Below are positions 17,968 to 28,183 of a stretch of DNA of 64,000 nucleotides, piece after piece. Source of the stretch: a bacterium UBP8_UBA817 (GTDB lineage Bacteria; Margulisbacteria; Marinamargulisbacteria; CAMDBA01). Below the pieces are notes generated by a model that was given only the letters and a program-made list of their open reading frames with translations, did no database searches and was not told where the DNA came from. Both the position numbers and the translations under genes were made by a program. Numbering within the stretch: position 1 is the stretch's first letter; each line of letters starts with the position of its first letter. The stretch is taken from positions 73,690 through 137,689 of the forward strand of contig CAMDBA010000002.1 in NCBI GenBank assembly GCA_945888995.1, written 5' to 3'.

Positions 17968-19312
17968 CCAGCGTCGTTAATGAGTCCAGAGGCGGGAGTT
18001 CTACCGAGTCCAGGATAGGGGGCGATTCAGGCGTTGGAAGGTCTTGAACCGTGCGAAGTTTTCGCTCGATGGTCCGTGATTTTTGTGTGGCGGTTTCAAT
18101 AGTATTGCTGGCTTCCTGGAGTTTTTTCTGAGTTTTATCCAAGAGGGTGCCGAATTTTGAAAACTCGGATTTGACTGTACTTAATAATCCCCAGACTTCC
18201 GAAGAGCGCTTTTCAATCGCAAGGGTGCGAAATCCCATTTGAAGGCTGTTCAGAATAGCCGTTAAGGTAGTCGGTCCTGCAATAATGACGCGATATTCTT
18301 TTTGGAGAGTATCGTGAAGGCCGGGCCGTCGTAAGACTTCGGCGTATAGCCCTTCGATTGGCAGGAATAGAATGCCAAAATCAGTTGTGTGCGGTGGATC
18401 GATATATTTATCCCGCATATTTTTAGCTTCGCCTTTGATTCGTTGTTCTAAAAACTTGGCGGCTTCTTCTGCCAGGATCGGATCGGCTAATTCCTGAGCA
18501 TCTAAAAGCCTGATATAGGGGTCTTGAGGGAACTTGGCATCGATAGGTAGCCAAATAGGTTCTTCCGCATTTCCTTTGGTTCCTGGAAGTTTTATCGCAT
18601 ATTCAACCCGGTCGGCGCTGCCCGGTTTTGTTGCGACGTTCATTCCGTATTGATCCATCGTTAATAATTGTTCTAAGATTGCCCCTAACTGAATTTCGCC
18701 CCAGATGCCGCGGGTTTTGACATTTGTCAGGACTTTTTTTAGATCTCCGACACCGGTGGCCAGAACCTGCATTTCTCCTAATCCTTTATGAACGAGTTCA
18801 AGACGCTCGCTAACCAATTTAAATGAATCACCGAGACGTTTTTCCAAAGTAGCATGAAGCTTTTCATCAACTGTCACACGCATTTGTTCGAGTTTTTTAT
18901 TATTGTCATCCTGAAGCCCGAGAATCCGTTTTTCGATGGTTTCTCGCATCATTTCCAGTTTCTTTTCGTTGGTTTGCGTGAGGGTATCGAGTTTTTGGGA
19001 CACGATATCCAGCTGGTTTTTTTGAACGGTCGAAATGTCTTTCATCCAGTTTGCTAATGATTGATTAAACGTGGTTAAGCTAGTGGCCAATTCTTGTCTG
19101 GAAGACTTAAAAGAGACTTGAGATTCTTCCCGTGCTTTAGTCAGTTCGTCACCTAGAATTTTTTCAACACGCTCCAATTGTTTTTCGAAAATCGCTAACT
19201 TAGTCTCAACGGCAGCTTGTGTGCTATGAGCGGTATTGCTTCTGAAAATAAGGACGGATATGAGGCCTGCAAGTAAGCAAGTTTGTGTGATCACCATGAT
19301 CCAAATAGGCAT
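17960..19312 (-). CDS. rmuC: DNA recombination protein RmuC
   Basis: 450 aa; N-terminal TM anchor, long coiled coil, C-terminal RmuC-like core (GILFLPIEGLYAEVLR...IIAGPTTLTAIL); 8-nt overlap with downstream oxidoreductase. Confidence 0.6.
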   Translation of the reverse strand: MPIWIMVITQTCLLAGLISVLIFRSNTAHSTQAAVETKLAIFEKQLERVEKILGDELTKAREESQVSFKSSRQELATSLTTFNQSLANWMKDISTVQKNQLDIVSQKLDTLTQTNEKKLEMMRETIEKRILGLQDDNNKKLEQMRVTVDEKLHATLEKRLGDSFKLVSERLELVHKGLGEMQVLATGVGDLKKVLTNVKTRGIWGEIQLGAILEQLLTMDQYGMNVATKPGSADRVEYAIKLPGTKGNAEEPIWLPIDAKFPQDPYIRLLDAQELADPILAEEAAKFLEQRIKGEAKNMRDKYIDPPHTTDFGILFLPIEGLYAEVLRRPGLHDTLQKEYRVIIAGPTTLTAILNSLQMGFRTLAIEKRSSEVWGLLSTVKSEFSKFGTLLDKTQKKLQEASNTIETATQKSRTIERKLRTVQDLPTPESPPILDSVELPPLDSLTTLDA

Positions 19313-19405
19313 ATTAAACTCCTTGTTTATCCCTCATGAATGGACGGTCAAATAATAGCGGACATTATATCAGATTTTTAGATTTGAGCAGGATAGTGAA
19401 CAATA

Positions 19406-20005
19406 ATGGCCAGTAGTCTTTCAGAGCTATCTTTTTTTTGCGATAATAAGATCATGTTAAAACTGATGTTGCATGTTGGATGGATAAAATATCGCGCGTT
19501 ACCAATGGGTTGGAAGTTGTTTGCTCTTATTGCAGGCATCGGCGTTGTATATGGAATTGCTGAGATGTTTAACCTGGGGCATTGGGTGTTAGCCGGGATT
19601 CTGGCCGGTGTCGCAGTGATGAATCTGCTCACCTATCGTAACGTCCGCCAAATCGATGCTTCACAAAAAGAAAGCCTCTCAAGATCGCCTTCTGGTGGGC
19701 TGCGTCCCGACCAACTCGATTGTGCATTGGTCGTCGATCCGTCTGTGATGAGCCAAAGTATTTACCTGATTCCTCTAGCCAATGACGAGTCTTATCATCT
19801 TCCCGGCGCGCAGTCCAAATTGCCCGCGGATTTAAAAGATGTAATCGGATATATGAAAAAGACCGGCTATCAAGTCCGTTTATTACGTTCTTATAATATG
19901 GCTTCGATGGCAAATCGGGGACAAGATCCGTTTTTTGATATTAAACCCGGAGAAAACCCGGCTTCCGGCTTAATGATCCCGCCGCAGTTTTTGAGCTTTA
20001 ATTAA
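19406..20005 (+). CDS. hypothetical membrane protein (2 TM + cytoplasmic domain)
   Basis: 199-aa ORF divergent from rmuC; two hydrophobic helices (FALIAGIGVVYGIA / VLAGILAGVAVMNLL); true start uncertain (ATG 19406, 19454 or 19505); no recognisable family. Confidence 0.45.
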   Translation: MASSLSELSFFCDNKIMLKLMLHVGWIKYRALPMGWKLFALIAGIGVVYGIAEMFNLGHWVLAGILAGVAVMNLLTYRNVRQIDASQKESLSRSPSGGLRPDQLDCALVVDPSVMSQSIYLIPLANDESYHLPGAQSKLPADLKDVIGYMKKTGYQVRLLRSYNMASMANRGQDPFFDIKPGENPASGLMIPPQFLSFN

Positions 20006-20013
20006 TCGGATAT

Positions 20014-20049
20014 AAAAAAGGAGATGCTAGCTTTGCATCTCCTTTTTTT
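20014..20049. terminator. bidirectional intrinsic terminator
   Basis: A6-GGAGATGC-tagcttt-GCATCTCC-T7: perfect 8-bp GC-rich stem flanked by A-tract and T-tract, between convergent genes. Confidence 0.75.
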
Positions 20050-20080
20050 GACATTAATAAAACCGGTGATGGGGGAAAAG

Positions 20081-20824
20081 TTAATCCCGGCTTCGTAATT
20101 TTGCCAGAAGGCGTAAAATCTCGATGTAGAGCCAAACTAAAGTAACCATCAGACCAAAGGCGGCATACCATTCCATATACTTGGGAGCGCCACTTTTCGC
20201 ACCGTTCTCAATGAAGTCGAAATCTAACACAAGGTTAAGCGCTGCTATGACGACAATGACAAGACTAATTCCGATACTCAGCGGACTATTATCGGTGAAA
20301 AGACTGACACCAAAAAAGCTGAGAACAAATGAAACGAGGTAAAAAACGGCAATTCCACCGGTGGCAGCAAAAATACCCAGTTTGAAATTTTCGGTTACTT
20401 TGATCATTTCGGATTTATAAGCGCCCAACAGGCAAAATAGGGTGCCGAAGGTCAGGCCTACCGCTTGAATCACAATTCCCGGAAATTGGGCCTCCAACAT
20501 TGAAGAAAAGCCGCCGAGAAGCAATCCTTGTGCTGCTGCATATAACGGGGCGGTCACAGGCGCCCATTCTTTTTTCAATACGGTTGCGATACCAAGACCG
20601 ATACCGCCGATAACGCCGACCATTGTCAGAGCGGCAACAAGTCCGGTGTTTTGGGCAATGTATTGAAACCATGTGATAGAGGCTGTAATTAAAAGGGTAA
20701 GCAGCAATAAAAATGTCTTATTTACAGTTCCTTGAACGGTCATTGTGCCCGTTTTGATTCCGGCACTGAGGCGGGCTTGTGAAAAAATGCCCTCATTTAA
20801 AGCGGGGTTAGCAGTACGCATCAT
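20081..20824 (-). CDS. Bax-inhibitor-1/YccA-family 7-TM membrane protein
   Basis: 247 aa; seven hydrophobic segments; C-terminus ...RSRD resembles the YccA/BI-1 family ending. Confidence 0.5.
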   Translation of the reverse strand: MMRTANPALNEGIFSQARLSAGIKTGTMTVQGTVNKTFLLLLTLLITASITWFQYIAQNTGLVAALTMVGVIGGIGLGIATVLKKEWAPVTAPLYAAAQGLLLGGFSSMLEAQFPGIVIQAVGLTFGTLFCLLGAYKSEMIKVTENFKLGIFAATGGIAVFYLVSFVLSFFGVSLFTDNSPLSIGISLVIVVIAALNLVLDFDFIENGAKSGAPKYMEWYAAFGLMVTLVWLYIEILRLLAKLRSRD

Positions 20825-20915
20825 ATAGAAATCCTCCTGATTGATAAAACAAGTTGTTTAAATTATACGTCTTTCCTGAAAAGGACAAAAGGGGCGACTA
20901 AAAATAAAGGAGAAA

Positions 20916-21416
20916 TTAATCTTCGTCGCCTAGGGCTTTGTATTCTTTTTCCGTAATGATGTCTTTATTAGAGCTCAGTCTATCTAAAAAAACTTTGCCT
21001 AGTAAGTGATCATATTCATGCTGGAAGACCCGGGCGATAAAATCCTCAGCTTCTGCACAAATCCGTTCTCCGGTGATATCGGTAAATTCAATTCTAATCA
21101 CATCGGATCTCGGGACATAGCCACGGATACCGGGAATACTCAGACAGCCTTCCCAGTCTTTCACGGTTCTTTTGGAGTAATACGTGATTTTGGGATTAAA
21201 TATAAAGATAGGCTCATCGTCGGGACAAACAATAAAAATCTGTAAGAGCTCGCCCACTTGAGGTGCGGCTAAGCCAACCCCGTTGGCAAATTCAAGTGTC
21301 GCGAGCATATTCTCGCAAAGGACTTTGATGTGAGGTGCGAAAATATCGGAAACAGGTTTGGCTTTTTTTCTTAAAATCGGCTGACCTAATTCAACCATTT
21401 CCAATACTTTACCCAT
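20916..21416 (-). CDS. def: peptide deformylase
   Basis: 166 aa; three PDF motifs GVGLAAPQVG, EGCLSIPG, QHEYDHLLG. Confidence 0.92.
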   Translation of the reverse strand: MGKVLEMVELGQPILRKKAKPVSDIFAPHIKVLCENMLATLEFANGVGLAAPQVGELLQIFIVCPDDEPIFIFNPKITYYSKRTVKDWEGCLSIPGIRGYVPRSDVIRIEFTDITGERICAEAEDFIARVFQHEYDHLLGKVFLDRLSSNKDIITEKEYKALGDED

Positions 21417-21532
21417 AATACGTCATACTCCTTTTTAATTTTGGCCAAAAATTTGCCTAACCTCTTATACGGTTGGGCAAACTATACTATAATATTCCGT
21501 TAAATTTAGTCAAAAAAGGAGGCGTTGATAAG

Positions 21533-23077
21533 ATGACTCAGTGGATCAAAATTTTCGATACCACACTTCGAGACGGGGAACAGTCCCCCGGTTGCTCGAT
21601 GAACAAAGAGGAAAAGCTGGAGGTGGCTTATCAGCTAGAACGCCTCAATGTAGATATCATAGAAGCCGGGTTCGCGATTAGTTCAAAAGGCGATTTCGAA
21701 TCGATTGAGTTAATATCGGAACGATTGAAAAAGCCGGTTATTTGTAGTCTTTCACGTGCGAGAAAAGAAGATATCGAGCTTTCTGCCCGCGCAATTCAAA
21801 AAGCCAAGTTCGGACGTATCCATATTTTTTTGGCAACCTCTCCTCTACATATGGAATACAAACTCAAAAAGACACCGGAACAGGTGCTGGAAACCGCTGT
21901 TGAATCGGTTAAATATGCCAAGTCATTGATGGAAGATATCGAGTTTTCCTGCGAAGATGCCGGGCGCTCGGATCCGGGGTTTTTGGTTAAGGTCTTGTCA
22001 GAGGTGATTAAAGCCGGGGCGACCACGGTCAATATTCCAGACACAGTCGGCTATCTGATGCCTGCGGAATATGGAGATCTTATTCGGTATCTTTCTCAAA
22101 ATGTTCCGGGAATTGAAAACGTGATTATGTCGGTTCATTGCCATAACGACCTCGGGCTGGCAACGGCTAATTCTTTAGCGGGCGTATTAAACGGCGCAAG
22201 TCAGATTGAATGTACGGTGAACGGAATCGGGGAGAGAGCCGGTAATACCGCATTGGAAGAAGTGGTTATGGCCTTGAAAGTCAGACCGGACATCTATGGA
22301 GATCGTGGTACCAAGATCAATACTAAAGAAATTTCTAAAACTTCTCGGCTTGTTTCCAATATCACCGGCTCCGTCATTCAGCCGAACAAGGCCATTGTCG
22401 GTGCGAATGCGTTTGCCCATGAGTCCGGCATTCATCAGGACGGTATTTTAAAACAGCGCCGGACGTATGAAATTATGGACGCCGAAGACGTCGGATTGGT
22501 CGAAGGGAAATTGGTTTTAGGAAAACATTCCGGGCGCCATGCCTTCGCCGATAAGCTTCAGGAAATCGGCTTTATCTTAACCAAAGAAGAAATCGAAAAA
22601 GCATTTGAGCGCTTCAAGGCCTTGTGCGATCAGAAAAAAGAAATCTCCGATAAAGACATCGAATCGATTGTGGCCGATGAAGTATATCAAGCGCCTGAAA
22701 TTTATAAGCTGCAATACGTTCAGGTCATCGGGGGCAATACCATTCGCCCAACAGCGTCTATTCAGCTGCTCAAAGGCGACACATTAATTGAAGGCGCAGG
22801 CCTTGGTGCCGGACCGGTGGATGCGATTTATTGTACGATCGATAAATTAATCGGGGAGCCCATTACCCTCGTGGATTTCTCGATTCACTCGGTTACAGGC
22901 GGGACAGATGCCTTAGGCGAAGTGACGGTCAGGATTCGAGATAAAGCGCAGATTTTTATAGGACGGGGTTCGTCGCTGGATGTATTGGTTGCCTCGGCTA
23001 AGGCTTATATTGCGGCCATTAACCGGATGCTTCATTTCAGGGCGGCATCTTCAGACCGCATCAAACCGACGTTATAA
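21533..23077 (+). CDS. leuA: 2-isopropylmalate synthase
   Basis: ORF starts 21473, but AAGGAGG RBS precedes the ATG at 21533 (MTQWIKIFDTTLRDGEQSPG); HCHNDLGLATANSLAG motif; LeuA-type C-terminal regulatory domain. Confidence 0.88.
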   Translation: MTQWIKIFDTTLRDGEQSPGCSMNKEEKLEVAYQLERLNVDIIEAGFAISSKGDFESIELISERLKKPVICSLSRARKEDIELSARAIQKAKFGRIHIFLATSPLHMEYKLKKTPEQVLETAVESVKYAKSLMEDIEFSCEDAGRSDPGFLVKVLSEVIKAGATTVNIPDTVGYLMPAEYGDLIRYLSQNVPGIENVIMSVHCHNDLGLATANSLAGVLNGASQIECTVNGIGERAGNTALEEVVMALKVRPDIYGDRGTKINTKEISKTSRLVSNITGSVIQPNKAIVGANAFAHESGIHQDGILKQRRTYEIMDAEDVGLVEGKLVLGKHSGRHAFADKLQEIGFILTKEEIEKAFERFKALCDQKKEISDKDIESIVADEVYQAPEIYKLQYVQVIGGNTIRPTASIQLLKGDTLIEGAGLGAGPVDAIYCTIDKLIGEPITLVDFSIHSVTGGTDALGEVTVRIRDKAQIFIGRGSSLDVLVASAKAYIAAINRMLHFRAASSDRIKPTL

Positions 23078-23080
23078 GAA

Positions 23081-25153
23081 TTAAGGTTGTTTGAACAACG
23101 TCGGAAACAGAGGCTTGGGAGAAGCATACATTAGCATGCTCTCCCAAGATTTCCGGTTGAGCTGAGAATAAGTAGTGCGGTTTAGCGGATAAAATGGGAT
23201 GAATCCACCTCTCGCTACCGTATAGGTGCCCCGTTTTTGTCCGACCAATATCCATGCTTCCTGAACAGGCCCTGTTGCGCCTTGCAATAGAGCGTAGGGG
23301 GACTTATAAAGTGTCGCGATAGTCGTAGTCGGTCGATTTAAATAACCGGTTTTAGACGCAGATTCCAAAAAAAGTGCCATGTGATCTTGTTCATCGTGCG
23401 TCATCATGGTGCCTTCGAGTTCTTTTTTAGAAACCGACTCAAGATATCTGGCATAGGCATATAATTCCTGGAGACGCCAGTTGACCGGAAGATTTAGAAT
23501 GTAGCGATCTTTAAGGCCTTGGCGAAAACTCATGACAATATCGGCTAAACGGGCATAAGCCAACGGCTGAGGTTCAACATAAAATGTTGCGCCCTGGAAT
23601 GTCAGAGGGGTATGCACTGTAACCGAGTCTGCAGAAAGACTGTCGGACAAAAGAGGGATCATACCGGAAAAGAACGTATTAAGTTTAAGTTGGCCCCAAG
23701 CATGGCTCTGCATAAAAGGGGGGTAGGCTGCATTTTTTGGAGATCCGAGTGTCTTTAATGCATAGGCCCATCCTAGATCTAGCTGCTGTGTCCATGTCGT
23801 TGACGGGAGCTGTGAGACAAGTGAGTGAAGCCGGGTCTGTATTTGCTTATAATGAGGAAAAGAAGGTGCGGTAGGGGATGTGTACGTGCCCAGCACAGCC
23901 GATAAGTCGGTTATCGAGGGTGAGAGCCGTCTTTGACCTGCTGAATTCTTGCTGACATTCGGGAAAACTAATTTGTCCAATAGGGCCTGACTGACAGAGT
24001 AATCAGGAGAAATAAATCGGAAATATCGGTTTTTCCGGACGCCATTATTCGAAAAGCCGAATAATGAGTCAGATTTATAAGACAAAAGGCCTTTTTGAAA
24101 TGCTTTGAATTTCTCGGCGTCTTCGGTTAGTTTTTGGAGTGTAAGCTCATTTTGATAAAGAAAATCGGCCATGCCTTTTATTTGGTAATAGGTGGGGTCG
24201 TATGTTCTTCCTTTAATAAATTGCCAAGGTTCGGCAACTTGACGCCAGTAGGTTTGAACGGCCGGTTTTTTGAGTGCCATCGCCATCAATAATATAGAGC
24301 GTACTTCATCTTCCTGGGTGCTTCGGAAACGGATTTGGGAGTACCAGGTCATGGCCCGGTAATATTGTCTCAGGCCGGCTGAAGCTGCGTAAGATTCCGG
24401 GATTTGATAGAGAGTGTAATTTTGCTTGGGGTAGGGAAGAGAGGGTTTTTGCCGGGTTAATCGTTGCAGTGCGTTTTGTCTCGGACGGATGCCCATGACG
24501 GGTGATTTCGCTATACCCTTTGCGGATTGGATAAGATGAAGCTCATATTGGACTTCTTTACGAACAATTTGAGGAATTGGAACCGTGGGGTCTAAGAGTT
24601 GTGTGGCGACCGAAAAGAATGCGACGTTGCGTTTTGCCGCACTCTTGTAGGGGGTGTCTTTTAGATCGTAATAATATTCCAGAGATGAAAATAACATCGC
24701 AACACTTAAACTTTTAAGCTTAGGAATTAATAAATCGGTTGAGAAGTCCCGAATAATATCGTTCATCATTTGGCCATAAAGGTGAAAGATAAAATCCGTA
24801 CTGATAAAAGAAGGGGTAGATTGAGATCGGCTAGCGGAAAAAAACTCATGATAGGTCGAATAAGAAGTGGGCCGTATGATAAATCCTTGTGCTAGGAGTG
24901 CCTTTTTTTCATCGCGAGACAAAGGCAGCTTTGATAGGGCCTTTCTGGCGTCATTTGTATAGTGGGGTGCGGCATAAAGATCTAGCGGATCCGGCCTAGA
25001 AGGCATCCAGTCACTGAATGCAGGTACGGCATAGGTTTTAAAGGGAAGAACCGGCCGTGATATCGTCGTCTTTGCTTTATATAGAAAGAAGCCCCCCGTT
25101 AAACTAATCGCTAAGAGTGCCAGACAGGTAAGAAGAAGAGGTTTTTTTTTCAT
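23081..25153 (-). CDS. secreted/membrane-anchored protein of unknown function (690 aa)
   Basis: N-terminal signal peptide/anchor MKKKPLLLTCLALLAISLTGGFFLY; no motifs I can assign; stop 3 nt from the convergent leuA stop. Confidence 0.5.
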   Translation of the reverse strand: MKKKPLLLTCLALLAISLTGGFFLYKAKTTISRPVLPFKTYAVPAFSDWMPSRPDPLDLYAAPHYTNDARKALSKLPLSRDEKKALLAQGFIIRPTSYSTYHEFFSASRSQSTPSFISTDFIFHLYGQMMNDIIRDFSTDLLIPKLKSLSVAMLFSSLEYYYDLKDTPYKSAAKRNVAFFSVATQLLDPTVPIPQIVRKEVQYELHLIQSAKGIAKSPVMGIRPRQNALQRLTRQKPSLPYPKQNYTLYQIPESYAASAGLRQYYRAMTWYSQIRFRSTQEDEVRSILLMAMALKKPAVQTYWRQVAEPWQFIKGRTYDPTYYQIKGMADFLYQNELTLQKLTEDAEKFKAFQKGLLSYKSDSLFGFSNNGVRKNRYFRFISPDYSVSQALLDKLVFPNVSKNSAGQRRLSPSITDLSAVLGTYTSPTAPSFPHYKQIQTRLHSLVSQLPSTTWTQQLDLGWAYALKTLGSPKNAAYPPFMQSHAWGQLKLNTFFSGMIPLLSDSLSADSVTVHTPLTFQGATFYVEPQPLAYARLADIVMSFRQGLKDRYILNLPVNWRLQELYAYARYLESVSKKELEGTMMTHDEQDHMALFLESASKTGYLNRPTTTIATLYKSPYALLQGATGPVQEAWILVGQKRGTYTVARGGFIPFYPLNRTTYSQLNRKSWESMLMYASPKPLFPTLFKQP

Positions 25154-25311
25154 GTATGTGACTCCGGGTTTGCTATTAAGTAAGAAATAAAAAACGACTA
25201 TAAATAGCCGGATAGGCGACCTAGTGTATCACGAGATTTCAAAAAAGTGAGAGGAGTGAATTGACATAAAAGAAGAGTATTCAGTACTATAAACAATTCT
25301 TATTGGCTTGA

Positions 25312-25388
25312 GGCGGCGTAGCTCAGGTGGTTAGAGCACACGGTTCATACCCGTGGTGTCACTGGTTCGACTCCAGTCGCCGCTACCA
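25312..25388 (+). tRNA. tRNA-Met (anticodon CAT; could also be tRNA-Ile2 or the initiator)
   Basis: 77 nt cloverleaf: acceptor GGCGGCG, D-arm GCTC/GAGC, anticodon stem CACGG/CCGTG with loop TTCATAC, T-arm ACTGG-TTCGACT-CCAGT, encoded ACCA. Confidence 0.85.
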
Positions 25389-25430
25389 TATTATTGTTTA
25401 TCACGTAATTTTGATAAGAAAGAGGTCATT

Positions 25431-28172
25431 ATGAAAACCTGGTTCAAACTCCTGGCACCGTGTGTGGTCGCACTGGGGCTTTTAGTCACATTTATCGGAT
25501 TAAAACTGTTGCCGGATATTTTGTGGTTTGATTCTTTCGGATTAAAAACAGTCTGGCTCACGACTTTCTCAACGCGACTAGCTGTGTTTTTTGCTTTTTT
25601 TGGCATTGCGCTTCTCGTGCTTTGGACAAACCTCAAGCTTACCCATCGGTTTTCTTCTGAGCCGGTCAATCTCAAAACACTCAGTTTTAAACCGCCCTTT
25701 GATTTCCTAAATGAACTGATTGCCCGGTATGCTGAAATGGATGCGCTGAAAAGAGGCCTCACGTTTCCGGCAAAAATTTACCGGTTTTTATTCTATGTCG
25801 GTATGTTTGTCTTAGCCTTATTTTTTGGATTTTCAGCAGCAGACCGATGGATGAAAATCGCATTGTTTATTAAGAAAACGCCATTTAATTTAGCCGATCC
25901 GGTTTTTAATAAAGATATTGCGTTTTATGTGTTTTCTCTTCCGTTTTGGCAATTTTTACAAGGATGGCTTTTTGCGCTATTGGGTATTGCCCTTGTGACC
26001 AGCATTTGGATTTATTTTTCTAAGCGGGTTGTATTCCTGATTTTTAGTTCTCAAACGCCTTCAAAAGGATTAAAAGCGCATCTTTTTATTTTATTAGGCG
26101 GTATTTGTTTATTACTTGGGTTCGGGGCATGGATGAATATGTTCGAACTATTGACTACAAAACATGGCGTAGTATTCGGAATCGGGTTTACCGATGCGCA
26201 TATTAGGCTTCTCGCCGCCAAAATCACAGCGGTTCTGCTTTTTGTGCAAGCACTGATATTTTTTATCTGCGCGTTTAGACGAAATATTCTTCTACCGGTT
26301 TATACGTTAGGGTTTTTATTGGCAGTCTCAGTAGTTTTTAATCTTGTATTACCAGCCGCTATTCAAAAATACGTTGTGGAACCTAATGAATATGAACGGG
26401 AAAAACCGTATATCTTAAATAATATTTTATTTACCCGAATTGGATTTAATCTCAATTCCATTCAGGAAGTCTCATTTCCGGCAAAACAAAATCTGACTGC
26501 ACAAGATATTCAGGACAATAAAAACACCATTCAAAACGTAAGATTGTGGGATCCGGATCCATTGAAGCGGACCTTTTCGCAGCTTCAGGAAATCCGCCTG
26601 TATTATGAATTTAATAATATCGACATTGATCGCTATAAAGTAAACGGTAATATCCGTCAGGTAATGCTATCACCTCGCGAATTAAATACGTCTCAATTAT
26701 CAACGCAAGCGCAGACATGGGTGAACCAGCATCTCGTCTATACACACGGTTACGGCCTATGTATGTCGCCGGTAAATGAGGTAACAACCGAAGGGTTGCC
26801 GAATTTCTATATTAAAGATCTTCCGCCAAAATCGATTCATGGCCTCAATATTACTAGACCCGAGATTTATTTCGGTGAAGACACGATGAACTATATTATA
26901 GTGAATACCAAGCAGCAGGAATTCGACTATCCAAAAAATGAAACGAATGTCTATGCCAGCTATAAAGGAAAAGGCGGCGTTACCTTAAATACATTCTGGA
27001 AAAAAGCCTTGTATGCGCTTCATTTTTCAGAGCTGAATATCTTTATCAGTTCATTAATTACCCCTGAGAGCCGTGTAGTGTATGACCGTGACATTAAGAC
27101 CATTGCCCAAAAAGTCGCGCCGTTTCTCTCGTTTGATTCGGATCCATACCTGGTGCTAACACCGGAAGGGCGGATGGTCTGGATGTTAGATGCCTATACC
27201 TACTCGCAAAAATTTCCTTACTCCGAATCGACGCAATTTGGCGTTAATTATATCAGGAATTCAGTCAAAGCCACGATCGATGCCTATGATGGCGAAGTGC
27301 ATTTTTATGTCGTAGACCAACAGGACCCATTGATTGCATCGTATTCTAAGCTATATCCCGATCTTTTTGAGCCGTTCAGCAATATGCCGAAGGGGTTGCA
27401 AGAACATATTCGATACCCTCAGGATTTATTTGGGATTCAATCAGCTATTTACGCAACCTATCATATGAACGACACCCAGGTCTTTTATAACCGGGAAGAT
27501 GTCTGGAGTATTCCGAAAGATACGTTCTCCGATAAAGACTCGTTGATGGAGCCTTATTACATCGTCACCAAGATTCCCGGCGAACAGGACGAATCCCTCA
27601 TCTTAATGTTGCCCTTCACGCCGACTAATAAAAGCAACATGATCGCTTGGTTAAGTGCGAATTGTGACTTGGATCAATACGGCAAGCTTAAGGTATTTAA
27701 TTTCCCTAAAGATAAAACAATCTATGGTCCGTCTCAGATCGAGGCCCGAATCGACCAGGATACGGAAATTTCTCAAAAATTGACACTGTGGGGGCAAGCG
27801 GGTTCCCGGGTTATCCGTGGCAATCTAATGGTGATTCCGATGGAGGAATCATTGCTGTACCTGGAGCCGATTTATCTTCAAGCCACGCAAGGCCGCTTGC
27901 CGGAATTCAAACGGGTTATTTTGGCGTATCAGGATTCGATTGAAATGCAAGAAACTCTGGATAATGCGATTTCGGCAATTTTCGGTCAGAAGCGAACCAT
28001 CGAAAAGTCCCCTGTTTCAACAGGGCCGGCACCTGTTCGATCTAATGTTATCGAATCGCTTGCAAACGAGTTTCGCGCGTTTAAAGAAGCTGCAAAAACG
28101 GGTGATTGGGCCGTATTCGGTGAAAAGCTTAAAGCCGTCGAATCTAAAATCCGACAATTATCAGAACAATAG
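25431..28172 (+). CDS. UPF0182-family large membrane protein
   Basis: ORF track starts at 25353 inside the tRNA; real start is ATG 25431 with AGAAAGAGG RBS; N-terminal multi-TM region with DILWFDSFGLK motif characteristic of UPF0182, ~650-aa extracytoplasmic domain. Confidence 0.65.
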   Translation: MKTWFKLLAPCVVALGLLVTFIGLKLLPDILWFDSFGLKTVWLTTFSTRLAVFFAFFGIALLVLWTNLKLTHRFSSEPVNLKTLSFKPPFDFLNELIARYAEMDALKRGLTFPAKIYRFLFYVGMFVLALFFGFSAADRWMKIALFIKKTPFNLADPVFNKDIAFYVFSLPFWQFLQGWLFALLGIALVTSIWIYFSKRVVFLIFSSQTPSKGLKAHLFILLGGICLLLGFGAWMNMFELLTTKHGVVFGIGFTDAHIRLLAAKITAVLLFVQALIFFICAFRRNILLPVYTLGFLLAVSVVFNLVLPAAIQKYVVEPNEYEREKPYILNNILFTRIGFNLNSIQEVSFPAKQNLTAQDIQDNKNTIQNVRLWDPDPLKRTFSQLQEIRLYYEFNNIDIDRYKVNGNIRQVMLSPRELNTSQLSTQAQTWVNQHLVYTHGYGLCMSPVNEVTTEGLPNFYIKDLPPKSIHGLNITRPEIYFGEDTMNYIIVNTKQQEFDYPKNETNVYASYKGKGGVTLNTFWKKALYALHFSELNIFISSLITPESRVVYDRDIKTIAQKVAPFLSFDSDPYLVLTPEGRMVWMLDAYTYSQKFPYSESTQFGVNYIRNSVKATIDAYDGEVHFYVVDQQDPLIASYSKLYPDLFEPFSNMPKGLQEHIRYPQDLFGIQSAIYATYHMNDTQVFYNREDVWSIPKDTFSDKDSLMEPYYIVTKIPGEQDESLILMLPFTPTNKSNMIAWLSANCDLDQYGKLKVFNFPKDKTIYGPSQIEARIDQDTEISQKLTLWGQAGSRVIRGNLMVIPMEESLLYLEPIYLQATQGRLPEFKRVILAYQDSIEMQETLDNAISAIFGQKRTIEKSPVSTGPAPVRSNVIESLANEFRAFKEAAKTGDWAVFGEKLKAVESKIRQLSEQ

Positions 28173-28183
28173 GAGTGAATTAA

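Noticed and set aside
21473-21532. Upstream extension of leuA as a possible leucine leader peptide or attenuator
   Set aside because: The 20 extra codons (MGKLYYNIPLNLVKKGGVDK) are not Leu-rich and carry no RBS. A strong AAGGAGG precedes the internal ATG at 21533, so this is simply an ORF-caller extension.
25312-25388. Apparent G1-U72 wobble in both tRNAs as a sign of pseudo-tRNAs
   Set aside because: All four arms, the anticodon loops, the conserved T-loop TTCGA/TTCAAGT and the encoded CCA are intact. The terminal pair assignment by eye is uncertain and a wobble there is tolerated, so these are treated as functional tRNAs.
25353-25430. ORF-track start of the 939-aa UPF0182 ORF at 25353
   Set aside because: The first 26 codons overlap the tRNA-Met gene. 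An ATG at 25431 with a good RBS gives a sensible N-terminus (MKTWFKLL...), so the upstream extension is an artefact.
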